DNA of 64,000 nt from an uncultured virus (IMG/VR IMGVR_UViG_3300024999_000036). Taxonomy: Duplodnaviria > Heunggongvirae > Uroviricota > Caudoviricetes. Positions within the stretch are counted from its first letter, which is position 1. Every line of letters begins with the position of its first letter. The notes under the pieces are model-generated. The model was not told the DNA's origin and made no database searches. It worked only from the letters and a program-made list of their open reading frames with translations. Position numbers and translations under genes: made by a program. The stretch lies in IMG/VR virus record IMGVR_UViG_3300024999_000036. The stretch is one strand, 5' to 3'. Positions 22,257 to 32,557 of the stretch are shown here, one piece after another.

Positions 22257-22371
22257 ATTTTTCGCTCCTTTATTATTTATATTGTTATTGCTTTGTATAG
22301 AATACTATAATAATTGTTGTATGTCAATAGGAAATACCTTCATAGACAAAATAAAAACCCCGTAAAGGGGT

Positions 22372-22698
22372 TTAAATTTCAATTTGATATTCTTCTTCCT
22401 GCTCCCATTTTTGTCCTCTGTGTTTTGCAACTTCGGTCTTAATATCATTTAAAATTTTCTCGATAAAATCATTGGCTGATTCAGGAGATAAAAAACCTTC
22501 TTCAACACAATAACTGGTATATTCATATTGAGTATCCTCACAGGATAAATCAACTTTTATAAAATTGTTACTTTCTTTATCATGTTGAAATATGTTAGAT
22601 GTTGGTATTTCTTGGTTAGTTTCTGTCACTTCAATTCTAGCAATCACTGGACAAACTTGAGTAAAATCGTTAAACTTCTTAACTGTCAAAATAATCAT
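22372..22698 (-). CDS. hypothetical protein
   Basis: GGAGG RBS; terminator at about 22352-22372. Confidence 0.65.
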   Translation of the reverse strand: MIILTVKKFNDFTQVCPVIARIEVTETNQEIPTSNIFQHDKESNNFIKVDLSCEDTQYEYTSYCVEEGFLSPESANDFIEKILNDIKTEVAKHRGQKWEQEEEYQIEI

Positions 22699-22837
22699 TG
22701 TATTACCTCCATTTATTTTATATTTTTTTGTATTTCCTATTTACAATTATAAGTATACAGGAAAATTAAATCAAAGTCAATAGGTTTAAATAATTTATTT
22801 TTCTATTCTTTAAAAAATTAACCCTCTTATTTGAGGG

Positions 22838-23044
22838 TTAATTTGTAGCATACAATGGAATTCCCTTTTTCTTACCTTTGTAATATTGCTTACCCAATAT
22901 TGATAGTCTACCATATGTTTTATTCCCTACCACTAGGAATTCGTTATATTGTAAGAATCTAGCCCATGTTTCCGGTTTATCTGGTGTTTTAAAGGATCTT
23001 AATATTTTACCGTTTGCATTGACAATTTTAAAATTTTGCATCAT
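22838..23044 (-). CDS. hypothetical protein
   Basis: AGGAGG RBS; terminator. Confidence 0.6.
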   Translation of the reverse strand: MMQNFKIVNANGKILRSFKTPDKPETWARFLQYNEFLVVGNKTYGRLSILGKQYYKGKKKGIPLYATN

Positions 23045-23416
23045 ATGTGATATCCTCCTATATGTATTGTTATTTTACTATTTAGTTATTTTGTTGTTCT
23101 AACTGCTGTTGTTCCCCTGCTCTGCATAACTGATTAATTAACTGAGGTGTTACTTGATTGTTGGTTACTGTTGTTTTCATATGTATAGCCTCCTATGTAT
23201 TTATATTTGTTTTCCGTATTACTTAGATACATTTTAACAGATTAATAATATAATTGCAAGTGTTAATTTAACGTGTTTCTCGGCCTATTTCAGAGGGTAA
23301 ATTGTTATTAGAGTATTTGTATCTATGTGGAGGTTTAGAGTGCTTAGAATGGTTTATATGTGTTTGTGGTATGGATTTAGGGAAAAGAAAAAGAGGGTTA
23401 ATAACCCTCTAACTAA

Positions 23417-24301
23417 TTAAATAACTATATTACCATTTTTAATATCGTCTAATATTTCTTTCCTGCTATTTTTAACAGTAATACATTCAACTAGATTTCT
23501 TTTCTCATCATAAATCCATAATTCATGTTGCCAATAATATGTACCATCTTCATTATCAATTCTTTTTCTTTTTATTTTATAAGCTGGTTTTTCTTCTATG
23601 TATTTTTTATAATCTTCTTCACACCATAACATTATTTTATTATATTTGTCCTGTGTAAACTCTTTAAGATACCCTAATTGAAATAATTCTTCTATGGTTT
23701 TCGCTCTTTTTGAACTATTACATTGGGTGCATGAAGGGACACAATTTCTAACATCATTATACCCTTCGTGATCTACATGCTCTTTATGGAATTGATGATT
23801 ATTTTGTTTATATTGCTGTTCTAATGTCTTACCACAATAAGCACAAGTATAATTAAAATATTCTTGACACGATTTCCATTCTTTAGTTGATATGTCATGG
23901 TTTCTATGATTTTGTATGTATTGTTTAGTCTTTTCTGGATGGTCTTTTCTCCACTGTATCGTTAAATCTTTTGTTTTTATATAATTTTCCTTTTTATATG
24001 CCCTCCATGAATCTGTTTTCATATACCTTTTATATGATGCTTTAAAATTTTCTGGATTATCTTTTATCCATTGTGTTGCTCTTTTCTTTTCGCATTCAAT
24101 ACAACAATTAGACAATCCATCTCTTGAATTCTTGTCATTCTTATAAAAGTATTCTGTTGTAGATGGTTTATATGTATTACATACTGAGCATATTTTGTGA
24201 TCTACATCATAGATCAACCTATGCTCTTTTTCATATTTTAACCTTTTTCGCTCCTCCTGTCTTCTTTGTTTTTCTTTTGGTTCTAATTTTGAAAATGCCA
24301 T
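23417..24301 (-). CDS. HNH endonuclease
   Basis: CAYCG...EHV...N.VPSC..CN..K; N-terminal CxxC...F.....DGL...C..C. Confidence 0.85.
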   Translation of the reverse strand: MAFSKLEPKEKQRRQEERKRLKYEKEHRLIYDVDHKICSVCNTYKPSTTEYFYKNDKNSRDGLSNCCIECEKKRATQWIKDNPENFKASYKRYMKTDSWRAYKKENYIKTKDLTIQWRKDHPEKTKQYIQNHRNHDISTKEWKSCQEYFNYTCAYCGKTLEQQYKQNNHQFHKEHVDHEGYNDVRNCVPSCTQCNSSKRAKTIEELFQLGYLKEFTQDKYNKIMLWCEEDYKKYIEEKPAYKIKRKRIDNEDGTYYWQHELWIYDEKRNLVECITVKNSRKEILDDIKNGNIVI

Positions 24302-24464
24302 ACTTTACCCCTTTCTTTTAATTTTTATGATACATTTGTATTATAATATATTATTATTCTATTGTCAAGAAGTTTTTATTTTATATGATAAGAATAATTA
24401 ACCTGTTATTGACAAAAATAAAAACCCTTAATTAAAAAGGTTTAAAGGTTATTGTTATATTCAT

Positions 24465-24686
24465 TTAAGAATTTTTCATGCTTATTATATCTCTAAATAT
24501 TTCAGAATCAAATTTTATTTCTTGAATTGCTTCAAATGTTTTTATTGCTTTTAATTCTATCTCTAATAAATCAGCGTTCAATAAACCTTCAACTTGTTCA
24601 ACTGCTTTTTTAAGTATTTCTAATTCTCTATTTAATTTTCTGGTTATCATCTTAGTATAATGTTCTTGCTTTGATTCTCTAGCCAT
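24465..24686 (-). CDS. hypothetical protein
   Basis: GGAGG RBS. Confidence 0.6.
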   Translation of the reverse strand: MARESKQEHYTKMITRKLNRELEILKKAVEQVEGLLNADLLEIELKAIKTFEAIQEIKFDSEIFRDIISMKNS

Positions 24687-24773
24687 TTATATATTACCTC
24701 CCTGTTATTGTTATAATTTAATTTCTCTGGTTAGGAGGTTTTTAACGGGTATACCTCCGTAAACCGATGAATA

Positions 24774-25115
24774 TTATTTATTTTTAAATAATTCATCTAA
24801 ATATTTCTGTGCTTCTGTTTCGGTTGGGAAGTCTGTTATATAGTTATAATAACCGTATTTACTCCCTTTCCAATTGCCGGAATAACAATTTTCTTGACGG
24901 ATAAATCCTTCCCAAGCAGGACGATTGAAGAATACAGCAAAAACTTTTGTTTGTTCTTCCTGTTCTGTTATGTAGTTTTTTGCTAATTCCTCAGTGTTAA
25001 ATTCCTGGTAACAAGTGAAATACCCATCTTGACGTGAACAATCTTTTGTTAATTCCCTTATAAAACATTCACCTGCTGCGTTATTCTCAAATACTCCAAA
25101 AGTTAATTTTTCCAT
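24774..25115 (-). CDS. hypothetical protein with internal duplication
   Basis: two F.VF.N....E.FIR...F.TE..A..Y units. Confidence 0.65.
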   Translation of the reverse strand: MEKLTFGVFENNAAGECFIRELTKDCSRQDGYFTCYQEFNTEELAKNYITEQEEQTKVFAVFFNRPAWEGFIRQENCYSGNWKGSKYGYYNYITDFPTETEAQKYLDELFKNK

Positions 25116-25133
25116 TAATAAAAACCTCCTTTT

Positions 25134-25328
25134 AATATAATTCCTTACATAAACTCACAAACTTACAAATATAAAAATAATCTTTACTGTTAAGCAATTA
25201 ACCGCTGTCACTGCTATCTGATTGAATCACTTAACAGTATTATACTATCAATTTGCATGAAGGGTAAACTGGATTGGTAATTGATAGTATAAGGAAGGTT
25301 CAAGCAAATTTACATAAGGAATTATATT
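25134..25328 (-). other. nested inverted repeats (multibranch structure)
   Basis: outer 20-bp stem plus inner 10-bp and 14-bp perfect stems. Confidence 0.65.
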
Positions 25329-25406
25329 GTTGTCGCTGTTATACTGGGAATTATAATCCTGCTCATATTACATTTTGGAGAGCAGGATTATTGATAATTT
25401 ACTTTG

Positions 25407-26573
25407 TTATGCTATATTTTGTAAATCTTCTGTGTCCTTCATTGTTTGCAATGTTTTCATGATTATATCATAGTCATCTGATTTTTCGTTATTGTTACTG
25501 CTGCTATTGTTATTATTACCTTCTGTTGGCATTTTGATATTATTAATATTGCTTTTGAAATTATCAATTGCAATTTTAATCCTTTTTTCTGTATTCTCTT
25601 TTGTGCCTGTTCCACTGGTAGAATTCTGTTGATACTCAGTATTAGAGCCTTTCCTTCCTGTATTATTAAGCAAGAATTCTTTTACCCATAACCCAAATCT
25701 TTCTGGTTCTATTCCCTTTTTAATAGCTTCTTGTGTTGTCATGAATATAATAGGGACATGAGTTTTTCTTAACTCTTTGACTGGTTCTGTTATGGCTAAA
25801 TTTAAGTAACTGGCAATTTCCATAGTTTCACTAATTAATTCTTCATATTCTGGTAAATTCTGAATAGATTCCATTTCTTTTACAAAATTATCTATATCAG
25901 ATCCGCCTATTCCTGTTTCACCTTGGTAATATGTTAATAATAATACTTGCTTCACAACTACCTCATCAGTAAATTTATCCTTCATTTTACTGGATATATT
26001 TACATTAGTAAAAAATGGTTGCTGGCAGAAATCATTTACAATATCGTTCATAAAATCCGAATCACAATGTGATAATTGACTTTTTGTTAAAGTTGTACCT
26101 CCATTATATCTTTTAAATAACTTTCTGGTTTGACGGTCTGACAAGTCTTTGTAAATATCAAACTTGAATTCAAATTTTTGAAGTTTGTTTTTTACTGCTT
26201 GCGGTAAGTCTGCATAATATTTACCTCTAATATCTTCAAGTGTTATTTCTTCTTCACTCTCTAATTCTTCAATGTCAATATCTTCTAAATGTTCAATGTT
26301 ATCCGTCATAGGGAATTTTCCTTCAAAAAATGCAACCGAAGCAGTAATCCTCTGTTTCCCATCAATTGCATATTTAATCCCATTTTCTTCTACTACAACA
26401 ATACCTGGTATTTTTATATTTTCGATAATAGATGCAATAAATAATTGCTGTTGCAATAATGTCCATGCACCTCTACGCTGTATCCTATGTTCCAAGTTAA
26501 TAGTATTTTTCTTAATTTGCTGTGCGACACCTCTAATAGTAAATTGACTTTGAGATGGTTTTTTTATACCCAT
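25407..26573 (-). CDS. DUF262 (ParB-like/GmrS-type) domain protein
   Basis: IQR..AW...SI..N..IP, IDGKQR, LFKRYNGG..L. Confidence 0.8.
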   Translation of the reverse strand: MGIKKPSQSQFTIRGVAQQIKKNTINLEHRIQRRGAWTLLQQQLFIASIIENIKIPGIVVVEENGIKYAIDGKQRITASVAFFEGKFPMTDNIEHLEDIDIEELESEEEITLEDIRGKYYADLPQAVKNKLQKFEFKFDIYKDLSDRQTRKLFKRYNGGTTLTKSQLSHCDSDFMNDIVNDFCQQPFFTNVNISSKMKDKFTDEVVVKQVLLLTYYQGETGIGGSDIDNFVKEMESIQNLPEYEELISETMEIASYLNLAITEPVKELRKTHVPIIFMTTQEAIKKGIEPERFGLWVKEFLLNNTGRKGSNTEYQQNSTSGTGTKENTEKRIKIAIDNFKSNINNIKMPTEGNNNNSSSNNNEKSDDYDIIMKTLQTMKDTEDLQNIA

Positions 26574-27059
26574 TAAAAAACCTCCTATATATATGTATTT
26601 TTGACATTGTGACATCTAGGGAACACCTCACCTAGTAGCTTGATTATTTGTTACTTAAGTCCGTTTTTGAAGTTAAGTTATTCTACCATATAGGGGATTT
26701 ATATGTCAATACTATTTTAGATATTTATTTTAGTATTCTTTAAAAAATATAGTCATATAGATAAATAAATAAGAGACTAAAAGCCTCCTATTTTAGATTA
26801 GATAACCTTAAAAATAATAACTAAATAATAACCATACAACCATAAAAATAATTGGATAAATACCCTAAAATCAATTCTAAGCACTCTAGCAAGCCCATAC
26901 CTGATATACACTTATCATTATACCCGATTCAATTTTCATCGGCCTTGTAGGGGATTCTGTGAGGTTGTTTTTGTGTTGGTATGAGGATTTTATAGAAGGG
27001 GAAAATAAAAAACCTGCTTTATAGTCCGTCAAGCAAATAAAAATACCTCATATGAGGTA

Positions 27060-27266
27060 TTAGTCAGATTCTATTATTCCGTTTTCTTCTAGTGATATCC
27101 TGGTATCCGTTGGAAAATTCACTTCACAGTATGTCAGTATTTCTTTTTTCTGTTTGACTGTCATTGTGTCAAGTGCTTTTTGTAGTAGTTCGGCTTTGTC
27201 GTGTTTGTCTAGCTGATTAATTATTCCATCTAAAACCTCTTTAAGTTGTAAACGTGTCATTGTCAT
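27060..27266 (-). CDS. hypothetical protein
   Basis: AGGAGG RBS; promoter. Confidence 0.6.
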   Translation of the reverse strand: MTMTRLQLKEVLDGIINQLDKHDKAELLQKALDTMTVKQKKEILTYCEVNFPTDTRISLEENGIIESD

Positions 27267-27636
27267 TATGTATCTACCTCCTAAGATTAATTTATTAACT
27301 AATATACTATACTAATACATTAAAAATGTCAAGCTGATATGTATTATTTATTTTTTGTTTTTGTTAATAAATTTCTGAATTGCTTCTCTGATAGTTTACC
27401 AGAGATAAACAGAGATATTAAAGTTAATTGTGGCATTAAACCGTTAACTCCTTTCTATTAATTTTTATTATATTTATTATTACTTAAACCAATTGATATA
27501 ATACCTACAATTATTAACTATTATATACTGCCCGTGTGTATCCTCTAAAACTAAAACAGTAAACTTTTTACCGTCTATAGTTCCGGTGACTCTCTCAGGA
27601 TTAATGTAAATATCTGTTATAATTACATTTTTATAT

Positions 27637-27930
27637 TTAAATTGCATCTAAACAACTCCTTACCTTTTTAATAGCTGCATAAAATCCTATACAATTTAGT
27701 TTTGCAAATTTTTTAAGTTGTTTTGTATAGGATTTAGTAAAACAACAAGTAATAATTTTGTTAGTTTTAGGATCTACTATAACATATAAATCATTGTATG
27801 TATACTTTGTTAACCCATTTTTTGCTGATGAGGAAATGCCTAACTTGACACAATTAAAAACATCCTGGAGGGTTATTATTCGCTGGCTCATACGTTGTTT
27901 TGCGTGTTGTGTTAGTGTCAAGTTGATCAC
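27637..27930 (-). CDS. DUF4258-like (RelE/BECR-fold nuclease-like) protein
   Basis: LTQHAKQRMSQRII...VIVD....IIT. Confidence 0.65.
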   Translation of the reverse strand: MINLTLTQHAKQRMSQRIITLQDVFNCVKLGISSSAKNGLTKYTYNDLYVIVDPKTNKIITCCFTKSYTKQLKKFAKLNCIGFYAAIKKVRSCLDAI

Positions 27931-28041
27931 CTCCTGAGATGAGAAAGGTTAATATTGTTTAAATTCTTAAATCTATAATTAATTATATTCGTTTTTTATT
28001 TATGTGTCAAGATAGATAAAATAAAAAATAGGCCATATGGC

Positions 28042-28368
28042 CTATTTAAAATCCTGTTCTAATTCTTCAAATACATCTTTATATTTTGCAGGTATATTTT
28101 CTTTGTAAAATTCTTTAGAATAATATATATCAAATGGATATTCTTTTTTCTTCATAGCTATTTTATACTTTAAACAATTGGGATATTTTACTATATAATA
28201 ATCAAGGTAACATTTTTCTATTTCTTTTATTACTCCAATTGACGGAATACTCATATTTTTATGTATTACATTTACACTGTTTAAAAATTCCTCTGTTTCC
28301 TGTTGTCTTTTAATTCTGGCCTTTTCAATTCTTTCAGATCTCTTTTGCTGATATGCAGTCAATGTCAT
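28042..28368 (-). CDS. hypothetical protein
   Basis: RBS, promoter, terminator. Confidence 0.65.
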   Translation of the reverse strand: MTLTAYQQKRSERIEKARIKRQQETEEFLNSVNVIHKNMSIPSIGVIKEIEKCYLDYYIVKYPNCLKYKIAMKKKEYPFDIYYSKEFYKENIPAKYKDVFEELEQDFK

Positions 28369-28729
28369 TTATAAAACCCCTTTCGATATTTATATTTGCT
28401 ATCTATTATATTAAACTATCTTAGCCAATATGTCAATAAAAATTCACATTAAACAAAAGTATTGTTTTATACAGAAATTTGAGGTAAAATTGGGGTTATT
28501 TTGTTTAGGTATGTATAAGTTTATCTAATTATTTTATGATTAAATTTTTAGTATAATTTAATTAAAATATCTAACTATATATAATTATTATCATGAAAAG
28601 CCTTTTTATTGTTTTAAGGTGTGAATGTATGTTAATAATGTTTCAAGTGTCTGTATGAGCCTTATATTAAAGATAAAAACATGACAATAAAAGAAAAACC
28701 TTAGACTATATCTAAGGTTTTAATTCCGT

Positions 28730-29116
28730 TTATATTCCCTGCACTATTTCAACTTGATCCAACTTATACCAATGGTCTGCAAGCTGATTATTTATAAATT
28801 CTTGTGCTAATTCTTTACTGTCGAATGTTAGAGGGATTTTTTTATACAATTTTTGCTCATCTCCCCAGACATTTTCTATTTCTATAACATCAAATACAAC
28901 TGCTCTAAATGGCCAATAGAATGAAATTTGATATACTTCTTTCTTGCCAAATTTAAGTTTAGTTATTTTAGTTTTTCCTGGTAAGGTTTTAGGTGCTTTG
29001 TTTTGGCAGTTTAGGCAGGTAGCTTTTTGACTGGGATTCCAAGAGACTTCTGAGCCTATAGCTAAAATTTTACCGCAACATGGACATTTACTTTCAAACT
29101 TAGCTTTTATAATCAT
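28730..29116 (-). CDS. zinc-ribbon hypothetical protein
   Basis: AKFESKCPCCG...W......C..C. Confidence 0.65.
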   Translation of the reverse strand: MIIKAKFESKCPCCGKILAIGSEVSWNPSQKATCLNCQNKAPKTLPGKTKITKLKFGKKEVYQISFYWPFRAVVFDVIEIENVWGDEQKLYKKIPLTFDSKELAQEFINNQLADHWYKLDQVEIVQGI

Positions 29117-29387
29117 ATGTTTAATTCCTCCTTAAATATTGATATGTATATTAACTATAATACTATAAATCATACATAATAACAAGTATTATTTTTATAT
29201 TCTATTGATTAATTTATAGTAATAATACATAATAATTTTAATTAAAATATCTAAGTTTATATAATTATAGTTGTAGGTGGCTTTTTGAGTGATTAGAAGT
29301 ATAAATATATATAGAATTGATTTTAAGGGTTAATATGGCCTTGTGGTGTGTTTATAATATGTGTCTATTAAAATAAAAACCCTACTA

Positions 29388-29744
29388 CTAAGAGCAGGAT
29401 TTATATTTATAATTATTCTCACATTTCCTTTGGTTGTCTAATATGTTTTCCCTGAGTGCCTTTTTAATTTGTGTTTGTTCCCATTCTTCTAAACCTTTTC
29501 CCTTTGTTCCTCTAAATATCCTTCTGGTTGTTGGTTCACCAAACATTTTTACATATGACCTAATGACTACTTCGGGTATATTGCCTACTTCTGCACGTTC
29601 TAATAATACATTTTCCCAATCTTTTAATAAATCCTTTTTCTTACTTTCCCATTTTTCAGGATTGCTTTTATATGCGTTTTTATATTTGTTATTTTCTAAA
29701 AAATGATTACAATATTGAATGTAGGTTAATTTCCATAATTCCAT
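29388..29744 (-). CDS. hypothetical protein
   Basis: AGGAGG RBS; promoter. Confidence 0.65.
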   Translation of the reverse strand: MELWKLTYIQYCNHFLENNKYKNAYKSNPEKWESKKKDLLKDWENVLLERAEVGNIPEVVIRSYVKMFGEPTTRRIFRGTKGKGLEEWEQTQIKKALRENILDNQRKCENNYKYKSCS

Positions 29745-29866
29745 TGGTTTGGCCTCCTTAGTAAACTATAATTAATTAATATAAATATTTTACTATAGGT
29801 ATTCAGCAAATGCAACTATTATTTTATATTTCTAAGCAAATAAAAAATCCTTCAATTAAGAAGGAT

Positions 29867-30055
29867 TTAAATACATTCTAAATATTTTTTAAATTGTCTC
29901 TGTCTATGTGCTTTTAGGTTTTTTAATTGCTCTACACAGGATAATGGCATAATCTTATTTTTTAATTGTTCGGTGAAATATTGAATGTCCTTGTCAATTC
30001 TGACTAATGAATTTAAAAGTCTTATTCTTCTTTTTTTGCTGGTTGTAGCTGTCAT
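29867..30055 (-). CDS. hypothetical protein
   Basis: AGGAGG RBS; terminator. Confidence 0.6.
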   Translation of the reverse strand: MTATTSKKRRIRLLNSLVRIDKDIQYFTEQLKNKIMPLSCVEQLKNLKAHRQRQFKKYLECI

Positions 30056-30301
30056 TAAGTTATAGCCTCCTTATTATTATTTTATGGTTATAGGTTTATT
30101 AAGGATTAAAACTTTGCTATGTTGCCAAGGAACGTCCAAAAGGTATAAATTGTTAAGCTGGGAATAGTGCCAATTAGTAGAAGTTCTTTTAACATTGTTT
30201 CGGCCTCCTTTGAATTGATTTAATTAATATATTAAGTATTGCTAAGTAATATTATATAGGATAATGAGAAGGATTGCAAGAAGTTTTTTATATTAATGTT
30301 T

Positions 30302-30317
30302 TGTTCCACGTGGAACA
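30302..30317. other. parS: parS (Spo0J/ParB-binding) site
   Basis: perfect palindrome TGTTCCACGTGGAACA in intergenic DNA. Confidence 0.85.
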
Positions 30318-30375
30318 TGAAACAATGGAACAAATTAATAATCCTGCTATTGTTGGTTAGCAGGATTATTAATAA

Positions 30376-30789
30376 TTAACTAATTTCTTTATATTTTTTA
30401 TGTAAATACTGATAATACTTTTCTGGTAACTTTACTTTTGATAATAATCTGTTAGTTAATTCTGTATGTTTTTTGCCATGTCTCCAAATTTGTGTATGTG
30501 CTAATTCATGGCAGATAACATGCTCTAAAGTATCACCAGATCCCAATTCCCAGGTTAGACCTACAATTGAGTTTAATTCAAAATAAAGATAACATTCTTT
30601 GACAAAAAATTCGTCTATAGTTATGTAATATTTTTCGTTATCCTGCCAGCAAAGACCTAAAGCCCGTTTGTCTTTCCCTTTTAATGTTTCATGATCTAAT
30701 ATAGTTATGGGTACATCTAATGTGCAACCTATAGACGATATAATTTTTTTGACTGTCTGGTTAAAGTATTCTTGCATCGTTAATGGCAT
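30376..30789 (-). CDS. SprT-like zinc metalloprotease domain protein
   Basis: ALGLC...I.I; ICHELAH...HGK.H. Confidence 0.75.
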   Translation of the reverse strand: MPLTMQEYFNQTVKKIISSIGCTLDVPITILDHETLKGKDKRALGLCWQDNEKYYITIDEFFVKECYLYFELNSIVGLTWELGSGDTLEHVICHELAHTQIWRHGKKHTELTNRLLSKVKLPEKYYQYLHKKYKEIS

Positions 30790-30949
30790 TTGATCAACTC
30801 CTTTTAATGTTATGTGATATTAATATTTATTATATAGGATATACTGAGATATTGCAAGTGTTATTTGTTATATTGTTATTCTTAGACATAATTAAACCCT
30901 GTTTAGTTTTACTTAATTTAATAAGCTACTAAACAGGGTTATTATATTG

Positions 30950-31771
30950 TTATGCTTGTTTAAGTTGTCTCATACCGTCTGCAAGTATCCAAAGAGCCTT
31001 GTTAAGTTTAACATTGTTGTCTATGCTTTGGACTTCTCTTGTTGTTGTTCTTTTTCCTGTCGCTGTCCTGCCTCTTAATCCACCTCTTATTATGTTTTCC
31101 TGTACCCTGTTAAAGTTTGACCAAAGATCAGGGTTTCTGTCTGCAATTCTTCTGGTTTGTAATAACTGGTTTGGAGTGATTGGTGCTTCATCATCATATT
31201 TTAAACTTAATGCTGCATTTGCAAATATTTGTTGCTCTTCCGGTAATAACAAGGTAGATTTCATTCCTTCGATAGATTCCGTGACCTGCTCAAAATCATC
31301 TACAATGGTATAAGCTGCATCTATTACGTTATGGACAATATTTCCCTTGTGTCTTACTCTGATATCTTCTACTATGTCACCAGTAACCATTCCATTTTGA
31401 CAGACAAATCTAAAACAACCTGCCATCATTTGGTAAGATGATGTACCGTCATGGGAATTGATTAAAATTATCTCATTTGCTTCTTGCTTTTCGATTTCTC
31501 CTGTTTGGCGTAAGCGTAACATGTGCTTTGTAAATTCGGATTTTCCTTCGATTCTGGATCTGGATTGTGCAACGAAAAATGGTTCAAATCCTTCTTTTCT
31601 GAGACCGTCAAGAACATCAATAGTAGGTATGTAAGTATAACGGCTTGACCTTGATTCGTGAGCCTCATTTGCAAAAATTGAAGGTGCTATGCGGAATAGT
31701 TGAGAATTGTCTAAAGGAATATTACTTCTTAATGCGTTACTGTTTTTACCGAAACGTGTTGCTAATGCCAT
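30950..31771 (-). CDS. DUF932 (DUF945) family protein
   Basis: HESRS.RYTYIPT, FTKHMLRLR, NSHDGTSSYQM..G.FRFVC.NG, FNRVQEN, N..LNKALW. Confidence 0.9.
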   Translation of the reverse strand: MALATRFGKNSNALRSNIPLDNSQLFRIAPSIFANEAHESRSSRYTYIPTIDVLDGLRKEGFEPFFVAQSRSRIEGKSEFTKHMLRLRQTGEIEKQEANEIILINSHDGTSSYQMMAGCFRFVCQNGMVTGDIVEDIRVRHKGNIVHNVIDAAYTIVDDFEQVTESIEGMKSTLLLPEEQQIFANAALSLKYDDEAPITPNQLLQTRRIADRNPDLWSNFNRVQENIIRGGLRGRTATGKRTTTREVQSIDNNVKLNKALWILADGMRQLKQA

Positions 31772-31796
31772 TTTAAATAACCTCCCATTTTTATAT

Positions 31797-31814
31797 TATT
31801 TAGTTGTCAAAGAA
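31797..31814 (-). promoter_or_regulatory. boxA-like antitermination element in leader
   Basis: UUCUUUGACAACUAAAUA between promoter and RBS. Confidence 0.5.
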
Positions 31815-32037
31815 TTGATACTTGGTTGTTATGTGTTAGTGCTTATGTATTTATTTTATTGTTGTGCTTAAAGACTATTATATACTAATTAGAGATAATT
31901 GCAAGCGTTTTTTTTAATTATTTTTATATTTATTTTCTATTGTTTTTATTACCTTATTTTGAGTAGGTAAATTAAAAATAAAAACCCTTGCTCGATAGCC
32001 TTGTTAAAGGTAAAATCAAGCAAGGGTTAAAGCTAAT

Positions 32038-32517
32038 TTATGCTAATTTTTCGGTCAATAATTCTTTGTGGTTGTCTGTAATATTTCCAGTCAATAAATC
32101 ATTTTTTAATTCTTCCTTAAGTTTAGTAAAATATTTATCCAATGTGGCAACAATCTTTTTAGCATTCCCTTTAGTTTTTCTGAAACTTAAATTCCTCCTA
32201 CTATATACCAAATGTGAATTATTGGGTTTTATTAAATAGTTTTTATTATTTACTTCCATTTTTAATTTCTCAGGTAGTTCTGATTCCTCAGTAGTACCTT
32301 TTTCAAATTCTCCTGATTCTACATCAATTGAAAACCTAATATTTAACATATCGTTACGCCAAATTTTATTATATACTTCTGTGCTATTTCCGGCTAAGTA
32401 ACAAACTATAGAAATAGAACGGTAAATATTGCCTACATAATCAACAGATATTCTGGAAAAAGGAAAATGTTTACTATATGTAGTCTCAATTTGCTGCATA
32501 AATTCATTAATTTTCAT
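32038..32517 (-). CDS. hypothetical protein
   Basis: AGGAGG RBS before ATG 32517. Confidence 0.7.
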   Translation of the reverse strand: MKINEFMQQIETTYSKHFPFSRISVDYVGNIYRSISIVCYLAGNSTEVYNKIWRNDMLNIRFSIDVESGEFEKGTTEESELPEKLKMEVNNKNYLIKPNNSHLVYSRRNLSFRKTKGNAKKIVATLDKYFTKLKEELKNDLLTGNITDNHKELLTEKLA

Positions 32518-32539
32518 TAGGTGATACCTCCTATTATTA

Positions 32540-32557
32540 TATTTAGTTTTCAAAGAA
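32540..32557 (-). promoter_or_regulatory. boxA-like antitermination element in leader
   Basis: UUCUUUGAAAACUAAAUA, close to the Firmicute rrn boxA. Confidence 0.55.
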
